Shown piece after piece: positions 61,899 through 64,000 of a DNA stretch of 64,000 bases. The notes under the pieces were generated by a model, which was not told the origin of the DNA, made no database searches, and saw only the letters and a list, made by a program, of their open reading frames with translations. This DNA comes from a bacterium (GTDB lineage: Bacteria > SZUA-182 > DTGQ01 > JAFGSM01). Each line of letters opens with the position of its first letter. Within the stretch, counting starts at the first letter, position 1. The stretch is taken from the NCBI GenBank assembly GCA_049472355.1, contig JBLIRP010000001.1, positions 26,993 to 90,992 of the forward strand. Direction: 5' to 3'. Both the position numbers and the translations under genes were made by a program.

Positions 61899-63050
61899 TC
61901 AGTGGTGTTCCGTTACAAGTTCCGCCCCATGCCATTGGACGATACGGATGTCGCTTTCGATCCGGGCATCGATCCTGGTGGGATGACCGGCTATGGTGAC
62001 GGTACTGGTAAGGCTGAATGGACTGATGCGCTGTGCGATGAGAACTCCCCTGGTGACGTCGAAGATGCACGAACCCTTGATGCGTCCCGAGGCGTTCATG
62101 CGTCCCGACATGGTCCCCTGCGGTGTGACCGCGAGGGTGGCTTCCTGTCCGCCCCGCTTCACCATCAGCGGGCTCGGCTGGTCAACCGGGGAAAGGGAGA
62201 CGGCGAGGCTGAGATCCGACCACGTATGGACGGCCATGGCCCCCAGCCTCAGGATTGCATCCCCCGGCAGAACGCCCGCCGTGTGCGCGGGAGATCCGGG
62301 GACCACCCGGTCGGCGACCACCGTGCGGTCTTCTGCCTCCGCATCTTCGCCCTTTACGATCCCGACGACCTTGCTCAGGGCAATCTCCTTGTCCATGATC
62401 TCGAATGCACCCTCGAAATCGATCCATACCCACCTGTTGCCGCGCACCTCCGCTGTCCGTGCCACATGGTAGGTACAGGTCCCGGGCATCACCGCCTCGG
62501 GTATGTCCGGGGCAATGACGAGGTGGGCGCCCGCGGTCCAACGTGCCCCACCCTCAACCGGTGTTTCGGGAAAAACGGGAATGGAGCGCATATCGACGAA
62601 ACCGGAAATATCGGTCATTTCGCCATACGGGGTCATCGAGAACCTGCCCAGGGGGTCGGACGAGGCAACAAGGAACCTGAGGACGTCAAATCCCTTCCCC
62701 TCCGCTTCGAAGTCGCTTCCGGACAGCGTTATGCGGGCGGTTCCATCCCCGGATACCTCGGTGACCGCATAGGTCAATCCCATGGAATGAACCTGCTCGG
62801 TTTTCCCCTCTTCGTCCTGTACGAAGGTGCGTTGTTCGACGCGGTAAAGCACCTTCATCCCGGGCACGAATCTCCATTGAAGCAGAAGCGGCTCCGGGGT
62901 ATCGGCGCCCAAGGGGGACTCCCGCCACAGGGATTCGCCCTGAGCGGATGCGGATCGTTCACCCCTTATGGAGGCGCACGAGGTGCAGAGAACGGCGAGT
63001 GCGCACCACCATATGCATAGTACGGTAGCTTCAGACAGGAATCTCTTCAT
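61899..63050 (-). CDS. lipoprotein with a C-proximal PDZ domain
   Basis: Lipobox LAVLCTSC and a PDZ region (GIVKGEDAE...VVPGSPAHTAGVLPGDAILRLG). The start at MKRF is 1 nt from the trxC stop. Confidence 0.6.
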   Translation of the reverse strand: MKRFLSEATVLCIWWCALAVLCTSCASIRGERSASAQGESLWRESPLGADTPEPLLLQWRFVPGMKVLYRVEQRTFVQDEEGKTEQVHSMGLTYAVTEVSGDGTARITLSGSDFEAEGKGFDVLRFLVASSDPLGRFSMTPYGEMTDISGFVDMRSIPVFPETPVEGGARWTAGAHLVIAPDIPEAVMPGTCTYHVARTAEVRGNRWVWIDFEGAFEIMDKEIALSKVVGIVKGEDAEAEDRTVVADRVVPGSPAHTAGVLPGDAILRLGAMAVHTWSDLSLAVSLSPVDQPSPLMVKRGGQEATLAVTPQGTMSGRMNASGRIKGSCIFDVTRGVLIAQRISPFSLTSTVTIAGHPTRIDARIESDIRIVQWHGAELVTEHH

Positions 63051-63051
63051 A

Positions 63052-63498
63052 TCAGGGCCCTTGCCTTCGGGCGGACTCGATCCATTGAAGGATACCGGCA
63101 AGGTCCATGGCCCCGGTGTGGCGGGCGATCTCACGCCCCGCCTGAAAGGCGATCATGGTGGGAATACCCCGGATGCCGTATTGCGCGCCGATCCCCTGTT
63201 CCTGTTCGGTGTTGAGCCTGGCAAGGCGCACCCTGGGCTCCAGTTGACGGGCGGCCTGTTCGAAGAAGGGGGCCATCATCCTGCAGGGGCCGCACCACGG
63301 GGCCCAGAAATCCACCACCACCGGGATGGTGGAGTTATTGATATGCATGGCGAAATTCGCCGCGGAAAGCTCAACGGGATGGGCATTGAACAGGGGGGCC
63401 TTGCATCTTCCGCATGTCGGCCGATCATGCAGACGCTCTTCGGGTACGCGGTTTGTGGTGTTGCAGGAGGGGCATACGATATGGAGCGGGGTGTTCAT
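63052..63498 (-). CDS. trxC: thioredoxin 2-type (N-terminal Zn-finger plus thioredoxin domain)
   Basis: CPSCNTTN...CGRCKAPL zinc finger and the WAPWCGPC active site. Confidence 0.85.
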   Translation of the reverse strand: MNTPLHIVCPSCNTTNRVPEERLHDRPTCGRCKAPLFNAHPVELSAANFAMHINNSTIPVVVDFWAPWCGPCRMMAPFFEQAARQLEPRVRLARLNTEQEQGIGAQYGIRGIPTMIAFQAGREIARHTGAMDLAGILQWIESARRQGP

Positions 63499-64000
63499 GG
63501 GCGGGCCTTTCCTTCGGCATTGTCGGGCCGGGCGCCGCCCGTCCTGATCGCCTCCACGATCTCCTCCTCGGAATGGGTCAGGAGAAATTCGGGGGGAAAC
63601 CCTTCCAGGAGTGTGTCATCCCACTGGATGTTCCACTCGGTCACCATGTCCATCAGATCGTTGTACTTCATCCCCAGTGCCCTGATCTTCTTGTCGAGAG
63701 GGAGCTCCCGGCAGAAGCTCACGTGCAGCACCGTGAGAAATGCCTCCATGTCCTTCTTGCCGAGGAGGGGAAAGATGATGATCCGCGCCTGGTCCCACAC
63801 GCCGATTCCCACATACAACCGGTTGTTTTTCACGATCGCCCGCTTGGTGCCGCGAAGCGTATGGTCCCGTTCCACCCTGGATTGCATCTCCTTGCTGATT
63901 CCGTAACGTTCCTTCACCCGGATCTGTGATTCCGGGGTGGGAAGACCGAAGGGATCCAGTCCGGTCACGTGGTAAAGGGTCGCCCCCTCCACCCTGGTCA
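63495..64000 (-). CDS. hypothetical protein, 5'-truncated by the window edge
   Basis: The frame stays open to position 64000 with no stop. The track's first start is GTG at 63990-63992. ATGA overlap with trxC. Confidence 0.35.
   Translation of the reverse strand, partial: TRVEGATLYHVTGLDPFGLPTPESQIRVKERYGISKEMQSRVERDHTLRGTKRAIVKNNRLYVGIGVWDQARIIIFPLLGKKDMEAFLTVLHVSFCRELPLDKKIRALGMKYNDLMDMVTEWNIQWDDTLLEGFPPEFLLTHSEEEIVEAIRTGGARPDNAEGKARP

Overview
The window is a 64 kb chromosomal segment from a Gram-negative bacterium. The Gram-negative call rests on lptE, lgt, lspA and kdsB being present. The gene content suggests a Desulfobacterota-like or Nitrospirota-like lineage: class II long-form FBP aldolase, a GH57 branching enzyme, multiheme cytochrome c genes, and DUF4390 next to an NtrY-type kinase. 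This taxonomic placement is inference only. Baseline GC is roughly 50-58%, and gene density is high on both strands.

Housekeeping blocks, in order:
- leuS(3' end)-lptE-holA.
- fba.
- ileS-lspA-TPR-lgt (minus strand).
- hisC-hisB-hisH-hisA-hisF.
- rimO, a DksA/TraR zinc finger, accC-accB-pepP.
- a dGTPase-like HD protein and kdsB.
- a DUF4390/NtrY-like sensor kinase pair.
- cobO.
- a GH57 glucan branching enzyme.
- rplM ... rpsI-argJ, rpsB-tsf-pyrH-frr, tgt, yajC-secD-secF.
- asnB.
- trxC, a PDZ lipoprotein and an NTF2-like protein.

Accessory content is interleaved with these blocks:
1. A three-member, dispersed paralog family of large secreted proteins. All three share the N-terminus DTF[VI]WQDFEYW, NHPP-initiated cadherin/Ig-like repeats, and a C-terminal PWW[AST][LF] tail.
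2. Two adjacent secreted proteins with cohesin-like modules, a Gly/Tyr-rich tandem-repeat secreted protein, and an 824-aa protein with CarboxypepD_reg-like domains. Together these look like an uncharacterised cell-surface or extracellular-matrix gene set.
3. A compositionally distinct high-GC island (~53.2-57.0 kb) with two translationally coupled genes: a membrane-anchored beta-propeller (Reg_prop-like) protein and a membrane-fused spermidine-synthase-like protein. A degenerate transposase-like fragment lies just upstream.
4. A HAMP-only membrane protein and a multiheme c-type cytochrome inserted between rplM and rpsI.
5. A 4x ~76-bp hairpin-containing tandem repeat upstream of the DUF4390/NtrY operon.
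6. GAATGTA heptamer arrays between tgt and yajC.

No rRNA, tRNA or CRISPR array was recognisable by eye.
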